Origin: Kiritimatiellia bacterium
GTDB lineage: Bacteria; Verrucomicrobiota; Kiritimatiellia; JAAZAB01
Assembly: GCA_050944835.1 (NCBI GenBank)
Contig: JBMNRV010000006.1
Coordinates: forward strand, 30,999-94,998
Reading direction: 5' to 3'
DNA length: 64,000 bases
Shown: one piece after another, positions 16,693-26,544 of the stretch
Position numbering within the stretch: position 1 is the stretch's first letter
How the letters are laid out: the number at the start of each line of letters is the position of its first letter
Made by a program: the position numbers and the translations under genes
The notes under the pieces: generated by a model
Told to the model about the DNA's origin: nothing
The model's input: only the letters and a program-made list of their open reading frames with translations
Database searches by the model: none

Positions 16693-17832
16693 TTGCTAAT
16701 CAGAGACACTACTATTAATTGCATATTTACTATGAAAACGAATTATATTGGCACAATTTATCAAAGTCAAACTTCGCTTGTGCTCGGCCTGTTGATCTGT
16801 GGCCTGACGGCAGCGCTGCCGCAGCCGGTGGGCGCCGGCGCGCCCCGCCCGCCATCTGATGCGCCGGATGCCAACTCGTCACCCGCCGTCAACGCGGCGA
16901 ACACCCAGTCGGCCACAGCGGCAACGGAAAACACCTCCCAAGCTGTAGCGCCGGTTGACGCCGATACGCGTAACGTGCCCGGCAATACCGCAACTGATGA
17001 ACGCCTGCGGATATATTTACAGGCCGATGAATCCAAGTCCATGGCTGAATGGCTGAAACAGCAGAATTTGCTTGAGGACGCCACTGATATTTTCCGGGAA
17101 GCGCTGGGATTATACAGAAACCTGGCGGAACAATATCCCGGATGGCAGACCGAACTGGTGAATTTCCGGATTAGGTATTGCGAAAAGGAATTAGCCGATC
17201 TCTCCACAACGCCGTCCAGCGCCCCGCCTGCCGGACTGCCGGCACAGTTCGCCCGCGAGTCTTCACCGGCGCTGGGCGCGGCACGGAATATTGCACGACT
17301 ACGGCGCGCCGCACAATTGGAAAAGGTTTCCGACTTGCCGGCGGCGCTGGCGCTTTATCAGGAAATCCTGGATGAAACGCCGCAACATCCCGGCGCATTG
17401 CAAGGCGCCGCGCGCATCTACCTGCGCATGCGTCGGATTGAGCCGGCCCGCACCGCCCTGCGCCAGGCGGCGCAGCTGCCGGCCAACGACGATACCACCT
17501 TGCTGCTGCAAGCGCTGCTGTATTGCCATGATGGCGACTTCCATGCCGCGCGCCAGGTGGCGGAAAAACTGCTAAAACGCAACCCCTACAATGCCGACGC
17601 ACATATGGTAATGGGCGCATTTCTGGCCGATACCGGCCGGTTGGCAGAAGCGGAAGAAGCGATGAAACGCGCCATCACTCTCAACCCCAAGTTGGGCGAC
17701 GCTTACTACAATCTCGCCCAGATCAGCCTGCGCCGGCAACCAATTGATTTGGAAAAAACCAGACACCATTATCAAAATGCCATTAAGTATGGAGCAGACC
17801 GCGATCCCGCGCTGGAAGCATTGCTGAATTAA
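16693..17832 (+). CDS. Secreted TPR-repeat protein
   Basis: The 379 aa ORF has a signal-like N-terminus (LVLGLLICGLTAALPQPVGAGA) and several TPR-like helical repeats (ALALYQEILDETPQHPGA..., AITLNPKLGDAYYNLAQISLRR). Confidence 0.65.
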   Translation: MLIRDTTINCIFTMKTNYIGTIYQSQTSLVLGLLICGLTAALPQPVGAGAPRPPSDAPDANSSPAVNAANTQSATAATENTSQAVAPVDADTRNVPGNTATDERLRIYLQADESKSMAEWLKQQNLLEDATDIFREALGLYRNLAEQYPGWQTELVNFRIRYCEKELADLSTTPSSAPPAGLPAQFARESSPALGAARNIARLRRAAQLEKVSDLPAALALYQEILDETPQHPGALQGAARIYLRMRRIEPARTALRQAAQLPANDDTTLLLQALLYCHDGDFHAARQVAEKLLKRNPYNADAHMVMGAFLADTGRLAEAEEAMKRAITLNPKLGDAYYNLAQISLRRQPIDLEKTRHHYQNAIKYGADRDPALEALLN

Positions 17833-17843
17833 ACTTATAAACT

Positions 17844-18746
17844 ATGACTGCGAACTATTTCAAAGGTGTTATATGGTCACTGACCAGCGCAATTCTCTGG
17901 AGTACTACATTCGTCTGTACCCGCTATCTGTTGGCTGGCAACCGAACCGACCCCCTGACACTCTCAACCATCCGTTGTATGCTAGGCGGGCTGATCTTGC
18001 TGGGCATCGGCTTGCTGCGGCCGGGTATGCTTAAACTGCGCCTGCGACCGGCTGATCTAGCGCGCCTGGCCGGGCTGGCGCTCTGTGGCCTATCCGGTAT
18101 GACCGTCCTGTTGTTTTACGGTCTGCAACATACGACGGCCATTAATAGCTCCATGCTGATGCAGTTGAGCCCGATATTAATAATGATTATGGGGCTCGGC
18201 ATCGGCGAGCGTATCACCTGGCACAACCTGGCGGCCATGCTGCTCAGTCTGTTCGGCACCATGTTGACCGTAGGCTTCATTACACAAGCCGGCCTGAATA
18301 TGTCCATGTCCGGTGCACGGGGCAACCTCCTGGTACTGGGCAGCGCCACCTGTTGGGCGCTTTATGCCGTCCTCAGCAAGTCCACAGTACAACGACTGGG
18401 CGGATTTACCGCCACCACCTGGGTTATGCTGCTCGGCGCAGCGGAACTGATGGCGCTGCGGTTGGCGCTGCCGGCGGAATTCAATCCGCCGGTTGATGTC
18501 GGCTCTTGGGCAGTTATCATTTACATGGCGATTTTCCCTACCGCCTTGGCATTTTACGCATGGTACGAGGCCTTACGTCTGATTGATCTGACAATCCTGA
18601 ACATCATGCAGTATCTGACGCCGGTCTTCACAATCCTGCTGGCTTGGTGGTTGCTGGGTGAGCGCCTGACTTGGCTGCAAGGGCTGGGCATCGTAATAGT
18701 GTTGTCCGGCGTCGCCATGCTGCGCCCGGCATCGGCTAAGAAGTAG
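17844..18746 (+). CDS. EamA/DMT-superfamily transporter
   Basis: The 300 aa ORF has 10 predicted TM helices in two EamA-like halves (SAILWSTTFVCTRYLL, TCWALYAVLSK). Confidence 0.8.
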   Translation: MTANYFKGVIWSLTSAILWSTTFVCTRYLLAGNRTDPLTLSTIRCMLGGLILLGIGLLRPGMLKLRLRPADLARLAGLALCGLSGMTVLLFYGLQHTTAINSSMLMQLSPILIMIMGLGIGERITWHNLAAMLLSLFGTMLTVGFITQAGLNMSMSGARGNLLVLGSATCWALYAVLSKSTVQRLGGFTATTWVMLLGAAELMALRLALPAEFNPPVDVGSWAVIIYMAIFPTALAFYAWYEALRLIDLTILNIMQYLTPVFTILLAWWLLGERLTWLQGLGIVIVLSGVAMLRPASAKK

Positions 18747-18781
18747 AGGGAAAAAGGCCAGAACCACGGAACGGCACTGCT

Positions 18782-19810
18782 ATGCATTCATTTTCGGAAA
18801 TCATCGAACACGCGCTTATGATCACCGGGTTCGTAGGCGTGATAATGTTGATAATCGAGTATGTTAACGTCGTCACCACCGGCCGTTGGCTGGAAAGCAT
18901 CCGTGGCCACCGTTGGGGACAGTACTTAGCGGCAGCTATCTTGGGTGTCATGCCGGGCTGCTTGGGTTCTTTCGTCGTGGTCGCCATGTACACCCACCGC
19001 ACACTGTCCCTGGGCGCCCTGATGACGACCATGATCGCAACGGCGGGGGATGCGTCCTTTTTGATGTTCGCAATGATCCCCCGGACCGCCTTTATCCTGC
19101 ACGGCATACTGTTTGCTCTGGGAATCGTTTTTGGCATCCTGACGGATGCGCTGCTGGGAAACCGCCTGACCAACCGGATGCTCTGTCCTGTTGATTTCAC
19201 AATCCACAATGACGTGCACGATGCCTGCCTGCCGCACGGGCAATTTTTTAAACAATGGCAGCATTGTTCAGCAACGCGCGGAACCCTGACCATCTCACTC
19301 GGCCTGTTCCTGGCCGCGATACTGCTCGGCCGAATCGGGCCGTCGGAATGGAATTGGGTCAGGTGGTCGTTGGCCGCCGTATCCGCTGCGGCTTTATTTG
19401 TTGTCGCCACAGTTTCTGATCATTTTCTGGAAGAGCATTTGTGGAAACACGTCGTGCGCAGCCATGTGCCCCGTATTTTCATGTGGACACTGGGAGCCAT
19501 GCTTTTGCTGAGCCTGGCTGAGGGATACTGGAATCTTGGGTCCGTTATCGAAAAAAACCGCTGGATTGCGATGGGCGCCGCTAGCTTAGCGGGCATAATC
19601 CCCGACTCCGGGCCACATCTGATATTCATCACCATGTTCGCCGAAGGAATGGCGCCTTTCAGTCTGCTCTTGGCCAACTCTATTGTACAGGATGGACACG
19701 GCATGCTGCCGCTGCTCGCCCATTCCCGACGCGCTTTTATATTTGTGAAACTGATCAAACTCGCCATTGGACTGATGATCGGCGCATTGTTTATGTGGCG
19801 CGGATATTAG
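18782..19810 (+). CDS. Polytopic membrane protein, possibly a 10-TM putative metal-exporter-like family
   Basis: The 342 aa ORF is highly hydrophobic, with internally duplicated halves (GVMPGCLGSF... / GIIPDSGPHLIF...MAPFSLLLANSIVQDGHGMLPLL). The family assignment is tentative. Confidence 0.45.
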   Translation: MHSFSEIIEHALMITGFVGVIMLIIEYVNVVTTGRWLESIRGHRWGQYLAAAILGVMPGCLGSFVVVAMYTHRTLSLGALMTTMIATAGDASFLMFAMIPRTAFILHGILFALGIVFGILTDALLGNRLTNRMLCPVDFTIHNDVHDACLPHGQFFKQWQHCSATRGTLTISLGLFLAAILLGRIGPSEWNWVRWSLAAVSAAALFVVATVSDHFLEEHLWKHVVRSHVPRIFMWTLGAMLLLSLAEGYWNLGSVIEKNRWIAMGAASLAGIIPDSGPHLIFITMFAEGMAPFSLLLANSIVQDGHGMLPLLAHSRRAFIFVKLIKLAIGLMIGALFMWRGY

Positions 19811-19845
19811 TCCGGACGCAGGGTCGGCTTCCGCCGGCAGCATCT

Positions 19846-21822
19846 TCAGGGCGCATATCTGGCGCCGCTGAGCTTAAACAGGATCAAATTCACCATCGGT
19901 TGCGGCAGATACAACCGGGTACGTTCCTTGGTACGATTTTCTTTATCCACCAAGCCACCTTCCAGAACGTGTGTCTGTTGCCTGGCTGCCGCCGCATGGT
20001 CATCATCGGATGGAGGTTTCATGAGAAAGGTCATGTTCTTCCAAAACACCTTAGTGGTGGATGAGGATTTGGTACGGTTCTGAATCATGTCAAATAAACT
20101 GTATTCACGAGCGCCACTCCCAAACCATTCCTGCTGACCGGTATCTTTCGGCGGATTTTCCTCCACCAATTGCACCGCTACAACTTGGTTGCAGGTATCC
20201 ACAACCAGCAGAAGCCGATTGAATATTTCCTCAAAAACCCCGCTATAGCTGTAATAGAAAAAACTGTTTTCCGGAAAGCCGGGCGTCGAAATGCTGCGCT
20301 TGGATGAGCCCCCTTTATCCAGGAACAGAGCCTGTACCGCGTCTTCCAACGGCATCAGATAGGTAACTTGTTTGTAGATCGTCAATGACGGATATGCACG
20401 GGGATCAACTTTCGGCTCGCCCAGAGTACCCAAGAGGGCCCGTATGTCATCGGCGCTCTTGGCGCCGGAAGCCGCCCCATGATGCCAGCTTGGCGAAAGC
20501 GCCAAGGCGCCGTCGAATCCGGCGCGCGCGCCGGATTCCTTCTCTCCCCGGGCAATACGGGCAATGATCGTGGTCACCTCCATGCGATTAGTGGCGTCGG
20601 GATGCGCTTGCAAAGCGTCTTCTAATATACGCACTGACGCCTTGAGGTCGCCGAGCTCACCGGCTTTCCGCGCTTTTTCTACAGCCTGCACCAGAGCGAT
20701 GGAATCGTCATGCTGTTTCCGCAAGGCAAGAACGGATTCGATGTTTTTCTTCTTTAAGCGCGCCAGCATCGTTTCGGCATCGGCCCGGTTAATCGCTTTG
20801 GAATTCTGCCTAAGCGCATCGCTGAGAAGGTCTATGGCTCGGCGAAGATCGTACCGGGATTCGGTCTCCGCTGTCGCGATAGCTTTAGATAACTCCTCAG
20901 TTTGATTGAAGCTGTTCTGCATTTGCTCCAGCAGCCGCGTGGCATCCATGCGGTTGGTGGCCGCCGGGTAACTTTCGAGAGCGTCTTCCAGCATTTTGAT
21001 GGCCTGCGGCAGATCGCCCATCTGGCGCACCAAATGCATGACATTGACCAGTTCCATGGATGCCATGGCAGCCGCGCGTTCGGATTGCAATTTTTCCGCA
21101 TAATCAATGCGCATCTGGCTTAACCGCGACTCAGCGTGGACGCGATTAAGCGCCTGTGGATTGTAATGCACAGTCTGTATCAACGTTTCCAAGGCCTGCC
21201 TCAGATTAGTCGCCGCCACCGCATCCAAGGTGTCCAGCACATTGGCAACCTTTATAGATTGTTCCATCCGCTGCATTAAATCTCGCGCTGCGGCGCGGTT
21301 GCGCGCCTGCGGATAATTGCTATAGGCGGCGCCAAGAGCCGCGATAGCCGCATGGTAATCAGTAGAGGCTGCTTCCCGCTCAATTACTTCGCCCAAGTTG
21401 CGGGAAGCGGTATTCACTTCCCACATATGTTTCAAATAAAATCCGATCAAGCCCGCAACCACCGCCGCTATCACAATGGATGTCAGCAATCTTAAAACAT
21501 TGGGTAGCTTAGGCGGTTGCGCCCGCCGCGCCCGCCTAGGCACGGGCAGCGGTGGAGCCGGAGCAGGAGCACGTGATGCCGCACTGGTTATCATCGGCAC
21601 AGCTTGGAAAAAACGCCCACATTTAACGCACTGGACCTCCTGATTCAGCATGCTATCCGGCAATAGCGCTTCATTGCTGCAATGGTCGCAAGCAGCACGA
21701 AAGTCCGGCTTCGGCACCGTTATCGGCTTGTGGCAATCAGGACACTCGATTGTGTGCCCGACACCCTGTTCATTCACGGCAAGGCTTTTATTGCACTCGC
21801 ATTTGAAGTATATGTCCGCCAT
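19846..21822 (-). CDS. Zinc-ribbon (MJ0042-type) membrane protein with repeated helical motifs
   Basis: The 658 aa ORF has two N-terminal C-x2-C ribbons (MADIYFKCECNK...CPDCHK; CDHCSN...CVKCGR) and one TM helix. It has at least five copies of a ~40 aa helical repeat containing YP.A.NR (e.g. SNYPQARNRAAARDLMQRM, ESYPAATNRMDATRLLEQM) and a C-terminal globular part. Confidence 0.6.
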   Translation of the reverse strand: MADIYFKCECNKSLAVNEQGVGHTIECPDCHKPITVPKPDFRAACDHCSNEALLPDSMLNQEVQCVKCGRFFQAVPMITSAASRAPAPAPPLPVPRRARRAQPPKLPNVLRLLTSIVIAAVVAGLIGFYLKHMWEVNTASRNLGEVIEREAASTDYHAAIAALGAAYSNYPQARNRAAARDLMQRMEQSIKVANVLDTLDAVAATNLRQALETLIQTVHYNPQALNRVHAESRLSQMRIDYAEKLQSERAAAMASMELVNVMHLVRQMGDLPQAIKMLEDALESYPAATNRMDATRLLEQMQNSFNQTEELSKAIATAETESRYDLRRAIDLLSDALRQNSKAINRADAETMLARLKKKNIESVLALRKQHDDSIALVQAVEKARKAGELGDLKASVRILEDALQAHPDATNRMEVTTIIARIARGEKESGARAGFDGALALSPSWHHGAASGAKSADDIRALLGTLGEPKVDPRAYPSLTIYKQVTYLMPLEDAVQALFLDKGGSSKRSISTPGFPENSFFYYSYSGVFEEIFNRLLLVVDTCNQVVAVQLVEENPPKDTGQQEWFGSGAREYSLFDMIQNRTKSSSTTKVFWKNMTFLMKPPSDDDHAAAARQQTHVLEGGLVDKENRTKERTRLYLPQPMVNLILFKLSGARYAP

Positions 21823-22054
21823 ATCCCCCTCTTGTTTTTTGTGCCTTTGTGGCTAAATTCTCCGCCCCTATGTCACGCCCCTTAAGGGCTGGTGTTGAGG
21901 GTGCGCTTTCTACCCAGGGCGTTGCCCTGGTCTGGGTATGTCGCGCCCCTTCGGGGCTCCCCCCGCCATCTGCGCCCATCTGCGGTTATATTCTCCCATT
22001 TTCTTGGCGCTTTGGCGGTTCAACCCTATCTGTGTTCATCCGTGGTTCCATTCT

Positions 22055-22858
22055 TCATGCGCTTAAAAACTCGTAATGCATCAGGCTGAGGGCGTAAAGC
22101 GCGGCTGTCTCCACCCGCAGCACGGCGGCGCCAAAACTCACTGGGATGCCGCCGGCGGATGTCAAGAGCTCCATTTCCGCCGGCGCCAAGTCGCCTTCCG
22201 GTCCGATTACAATCATCAGCGCCGCGCCGGAAGCTGGCAGAGGCCGGGCCGCGGCGGCGGCCTGACGGAACGCCACCGCGTCAGGTGTCAATGCGCCGAC
22301 GAAACAGCGGTGGCAGGTGTGGAGCTCAGCGACCAATCCGGGCAAGTCCATCGGCGGGCGCACTTCGGGAATCCAGTCAGCGCCGCATTGCCGCGCGGCC
22401 TCACGGGCGATTTTGCGCCAGCGATCGGTCTTAGCCTCCTGGCGCTCGGCATCACCGGCGGCCACCACGCGTTCCGTTAACAGCGGCCAGACGGCTGCGG
22501 CGCCCAGTTCCACTGCCTTCTGCACAATGGTATCCATCAAATTATGCTTAGGCAAAGCCTGCGCCAGTATGATCCGAGCGGGCGGCAGCGGTTGCGTTTC
22601 CACTGCCGCGAGGTCCATGCGAATGCGCGCCAGACCACCACGGTCAGCCGACACCAGACGCGCCGGAACGCGGCGTCCGCAACCATCAAACACTATCACT
22701 GGGTCGCCGGCCCTGGCGCGCAGCACCCGTAAAAGATGGCGTGATTCCTCCGGCGCCAGTAGTGTTTCACCGGCCGCCCAAGCATCCGCCGCCAGGAAAC
22801 AACGCGGTGGTGGGTGACGGCTCATGACGCTCCCCCATCTGCGTAAATCTGCGCCCAT
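22055..22858 (-). CDS. rsmE: 16S rRNA (uracil1498-N3)-methyltransferase RsmE
   Basis: The 267 aa ORF has an RsmE-like layout: an N-terminal PUA-like part, then a SPOUT fold with the C-terminal IGPEGDLAPAEMELL and AVLRVETAALYALS motifs. Confidence 0.8.
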   Translation of the reverse strand: MGADLRRWGSVMSRHPPPRCFLAADAWAAGETLLAPEESRHLLRVLRARAGDPVIVFDGCGRRVPARLVSADRGGLARIRMDLAAVETQPLPPARIILAQALPKHNLMDTIVQKAVELGAAAVWPLLTERVVAAGDAERQEAKTDRWRKIAREAARQCGADWIPEVRPPMDLPGLVAELHTCHRCFVGALTPDAVAFRQAAAAARPLPASGAALMIVIGPEGDLAPAEMELLTSAGGIPVSFGAAVLRVETAALYALSLMHYEFLSA

Positions 22859-22949
22859 CTGCGGTTAATTCTCCCCTTCCCCACCTTGGCGGTTTATCTC
22901 GCTCCTCCATCCGTGTCCATCAGTGTTCATCCGTGGTTTTTCCCTCCTC

Positions 22950-24128
22950 CTACCGTTTCGGCAGAGAGGATACAAACTCCCTGGCTTTCCTCTGAAATTG
23001 CCCAACTTCAGGATAATTACTTTCGCTGCAAGCATCCAAAAATTCCTTCAAGCGCTTTTTTTGAACGCTGGAAAGATTTTTTGGTATTTCCAGAAAAACA
23101 CGGGCATGCAGATCGCCGCGGCCAGGCTCACCCAAAAGCGGCATGCCTTTGCCGCGCAACCGGAATACCCGGCCTGTTTCAGTGCCGGGACTGATCTTGA
23201 GTTTGGCCATTCCTTCCAAAGTCGGCACGGACACCTCACCGCCGGTCAACGCCACATCCAGCGGTATCGGCGCCTCGCAAAACAAGTCCGCACCCTGGCG
23301 CTGGAAAATATTATGCGGCCTCACATGCAACACCACGTACAAATCTCCCGGCGGCCCGCCCCGCATCCCGCCCTCGCCTTTCCCAGCCAACCGCAGTCGC
23401 GATCCGGTTTCCACACCCGCGGGAATTTTCAGAGATAATCGTCGGCGGGTTTTCTCTAAGCCGACACCGCCACATCGCGTGCAGGGATGGGTGATAATTT
23501 CACCTCTGCCGTTACAGGAAGGGCAATCCTGCTGCACACGGAAAAACCCGCTGGAAGCAACTACCACGCCGCTCCCGCGGCAATGGCGGCATACTTCTTT
23601 TTTGCGGCCTGGCTCGGAACCGGAGCCGTGGCAGACACTGCATTCTTCCATAACCGGCAACGTAATCTCCCGCTCAGCGCCAAAAGCCGCTTCGGAAAAT
23701 CCAATTTCGAGATCAAACCGCAGATCGGCGCCGCGGACCGGGCGCGAGCCGGCGGGGCCGGAACGTTGGCTGCCTCCGGCGCGGCCGAAGAACCCATCGA
23801 ACATACCGCTGCCGCCGAACAAGTCGCCAAAAATGTCCTGTAAATCGGAGACATGCGTGAAGTCGCGCGCGAAATCAAATCCGCCGGGCCCAAAGGTAGA
23901 TTTCATACCTTCGTGGCCATACTGATCATACTGCCGGCGTTTTTGTTCATCATTTAACACTTCGTAGGCTTCGGAAATTTCCTTGAATTTCTCCTCAGCC
24001 TCCTTATTGCCTGCATTTTTGTCAGGGTGATACTTCATCGCCAAGCGGCGATAAGCTTTTTTAATTTCATCCGGCTTGGCATCTTTCTTAACGCCCAGCA
24101 CATCATAATAATCCCGTTTCCCAGCCAC
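22950..24128 (-). CDS. dnaJ: Chaperone DnaJ
   Basis: The 392 aa ORF has a J domain ([33 protein letters not shown]), a G/F-rich linker and four CxxCxGxG zinc-finger repeats ([32 protein letters not shown]). Confidence 0.93.
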   Translation of the reverse strand: MAGKRDYYDVLGVKKDAKPDEIKKAYRRLAMKYHPDKNAGNKEAEEKFKEISEAYEVLNDEQKRRQYDQYGHEGMKSTFGPGGFDFARDFTHVSDLQDIFGDLFGGSGMFDGFFGRAGGSQRSGPAGSRPVRGADLRFDLEIGFSEAAFGAEREITLPVMEECSVCHGSGSEPGRKKEVCRHCRGSGVVVASSGFFRVQQDCPSCNGRGEIITHPCTRCGGVGLEKTRRRLSLKIPAGVETGSRLRLAGKGEGGMRGGPPGDLYVVLHVRPHNIFQRQGADLFCEAPIPLDVALTGGEVSVPTLEGMAKLKISPGTETGRVFRLRGKGMPLLGEPGRGDLHARVFLEIPKNLSSVQKKRLKEFLDACSESNYPEVGQFQRKAREFVSSLPKR

Positions 24129-24131
24129 GCG

Positions 24132-25565
24132 TTACTCCTCCCGATGTAGCACCAACAAAGTCATATCGTCGTATTGCGGCACATCCTTTACAAAACCCAA
24201 CAGACCGGACCGCACGGACGCCACCATATCGGCGGCGGATGCGGATGCGCTCCGCAGCGCCGCCTGCTCAAGATTGGCTTCCCCCCATTCCTCCCGCCGC
24301 TCGTTGATGCCTTCCACAACGCCGTCGGTATAAGCCAACAGGGTATCTCCCGGCTGCAAAATAAATTTTACTTCCTGCAGACAGGTATTAAAAGTTTCAA
24401 CATCCACCAACCCAACGGCAATGCCGGGCGCATTGATGATTTCCGCTCGCTCGGCGCCCGGCCGCACAAGCAAAGGACGCGTGTGTCCAGCCCGTGCCAT
24501 TGTCATCGAGTAATCCCGCGTGTCCATGACAATATAAAGCATGCTGATGAACATATCCTCCTGAATATCTTCCGAAATCACCTTATTGACCGCCTGCAAC
24601 ACCTGCGCTGGGTGCAGACAGCCGGCGGCATTAGCTCGGAACACACTTCGGCAGATAGACATAAAAATCGCCCCGGCCACTCCTTTGCCGGAAACGTCAG
24701 CTATTACCATGCCGTAGTGATGCTCGTCAACCTGGACAAAATCATAATAATCCCCGCCGACTTCCCGCGCCGGCAAGCTGAAGGCGGCGCAATCCATACC
24801 GGTAATCGCCGGAATTTTGTCCGGGAGCAGATTCTTTTGGATTCTACGCGAAACCTGCAAGTCGGCATCCTGAACACGTTTCCTGTCTAACTCAGCATTA
24901 AACTTGGCAAAATATGCGGTGATGGACGCCTGGTCGGCCAATGCCTGTAATAGAGTCAGGTCGGACTGAATGAAAAAGGTATCGTCAACCCGGTTAACCA
25001 ACGCCAAAACGCCCAGGACTGAGCGCTTGAACCGCATCGGCACCAGCAATAACGTGCGGACTTGCAGCATAGGATTTTCGAAGCGCGGGACACGCGCATC
25101 GCGCTCGGCATCGGAAATCAGCAACGGCAGATTATGCGCCGCAACCTTGCCGATCAGGCCCTCACCCATGGCCACGCGACGCTCCCTTACCAACGATTCC
25201 AGACTGCCGGCGTCAAGCACGGATGGCACAGACAACTCACCGTCGGTCTTCACTAACGGCGGAAACAAGCCCGAAATCGCCCGCACGCCCAACGTGTCTT
25301 CGCCCGGCTCCAGAAAATACACCGCGCCGGCGCGGGCCTTGGCAGCCTGCTGCGCGTAAAAGAGAATACGGCGCAGGAGGGTGTCAATCTGCGCGTCGGC
25401 GCTCTCGGTAAACACTTCGCTGACATCATGCACAAAATTGTAAATGACGTCTTTCTGGTTTAGCAAACTATTGCGCTCCATACTCAAACGGCGCAAGCGC
25501 CAAAGGCAAAACACAATCACAGCTATAACCAATAAGCAAGCCCAAAGAGGGATAATGAAACTCAT
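24132..25565 (-). CDS. PP2C-type serine phosphatase (RsbU/SpoIIE family) with an N-terminal TM segment and a GAF-like domain
   Basis: The C-terminal PP2C region (GGDYYDF, GMVIADVSGKGVAGAIFMS, AGHTRPLLV, LLAYTDGVVE, DDMTLLVL) is diagnostic. The longest ORF starts at 25607 but would overlap the upstream STAS gene by 38 nt. A start at M15 (rc of 25563-25565, MSFIIPLW) avoids this, so that start is given here. Confidence 0.78.
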   Translation of the reverse strand: MSFIIPLWACLLVIAVIVFCLWRLRRLSMERNSLLNQKDVIYNFVHDVSEVFTESADAQIDTLLRRILFYAQQAAKARAGAVYFLEPGEDTLGVRAISGLFPPLVKTDGELSVPSVLDAGSLESLVRERRVAMGEGLIGKVAAHNLPLLISDAERDARVPRFENPMLQVRTLLLVPMRFKRSVLGVLALVNRVDDTFFIQSDLTLLQALADQASITAYFAKFNAELDRKRVQDADLQVSRRIQKNLLPDKIPAITGMDCAAFSLPAREVGGDYYDFVQVDEHHYGMVIADVSGKGVAGAIFMSICRSVFRANAAGCLHPAQVLQAVNKVISEDIQEDMFISMLYIVMDTRDYSMTMARAGHTRPLLVRPGAERAEIINAPGIAVGLVDVETFNTCLQEVKFILQPGDTLLAYTDGVVEGINERREEWGEANLEQAALRSASASAADMVASVRSGLLGFVKDVPQYDDMTLLVLHREE

Positions 25566-25569
25566 AGCG

Positions 25570-26109
25570 TCAATCCTTGCCTTGAGCGTCCTGGCGCAGA
25601 TAATCAATCACGTCCTTGAACTTCACAAGGTTCGCCGGATCGGCATTGATGAGCGAGTTGTGGGCTTCCAGCATATCCCGCATCGCCGTTTGCCGGTCCC
25701 GCGAAGTGTGCATCAGCGGATAGTACGCCGTTGTACGGCGCACTAATTCGCGCAACTCCTCCGGCGCCGCGCCGACTAAGGAACATTGCAGAATACAATC
25801 CACACCCAGAGTTTGCAGAATATCCAAATTTTTTTCATCGAGGTTTATCACAAACACGCCGACGCCGCCATGCTGTTTCAGGCGTATCGCCAAACCGGCC
25901 ATCACTCCGATGAATGTACTGTCCATTGTTTCACAATGTTCCATATCCAGCGCCAACCGATTATAGCCATGCTGCATGGCGCTGGAGGCAAATTGTTTTA
26001 AGTCCGTGGCAATGGTGAATGTCGCCCGTCCGAAGACCCGTATAATCGCCGTCTCACCGGACAGGGCGGCATCCATGCGCGCCATATTATATTTCTGTAA
26101 ATCGCTCAT
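25570..26109 (-). CDS. STAS-domain protein (anti-sigma-factor antagonist-like) with a C-terminal extension
   Basis: The 179 aa ORF has an N-terminal STAS fold (IIRVFGRATFTIATDLKQF...LALDMEHCETMDSTFIGVMAG). It lies immediately upstream of the PP2C phosphatase gene on the same strand. Confidence 0.65.
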   Translation of the reverse strand: MSDLQKYNMARMDAALSGETAIIRVFGRATFTIATDLKQFASSAMQHGYNRLALDMEHCETMDSTFIGVMAGLAIRLKQHGGVGVFVINLDEKNLDILQTLGVDCILQCSLVGAAPEELRELVRRTTAYYPLMHTSRDRQTAMRDMLEAHNSLINADPANLVKFKDVIDYLRQDAQGKD

Positions 26110-26544
26110 AAGGTTAAAGCCTTAAAACCGCAGTTGTGCAGGGAAGAACCGGATGGACACGGATGAATGAACCGCCAAGAACGCCAAGAAAGAAACCGCA
26201 GATTGACGCAGATTTTACAAGAGATACCGGCGGACTAGAATGCCATGCCGTGCTGTCCGCTATGCGGACATGGATCGGAGGACACCCGGATACTCGAATG
26301 AATTCGCGTATCAGGGTGTCAGCCGATCCGCCAGACCGGCAGATGCCGGTCAGCGCAGCATGCGTCCGTGGCGAATCCTCTTCTGACACCTTGGCGTCTT
26401 GGCGGTTAAGCCCTATCCCTTTGTGTTTCTTGTGCATCTTTGTGGCTAAATTTCCTCCGCGTTCATGCCGCCAGTGCGGCCCGCACCGCCAGTGTGAGCC
26501 TTTCCTCTTTTCTCCTCTACCCTTGGCGTCTTGGCGGTTAAGTC

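Noticed and set aside
26114-26437. 107 aa minus-strand ORF starting at the dodecamer ATG and ending 5 nt before the STAS gene; similar ORF 45608-45874
   Set aside because: The sequence is a mosaic of repeat modules, also found at 45660-45770 and 53770-53870. The shared peptide ICRSG.SADTLIREFIR.SGCPPIHVRIADS reflects repeat identity, not a conserved protein. It may still be transcribed as a leader.
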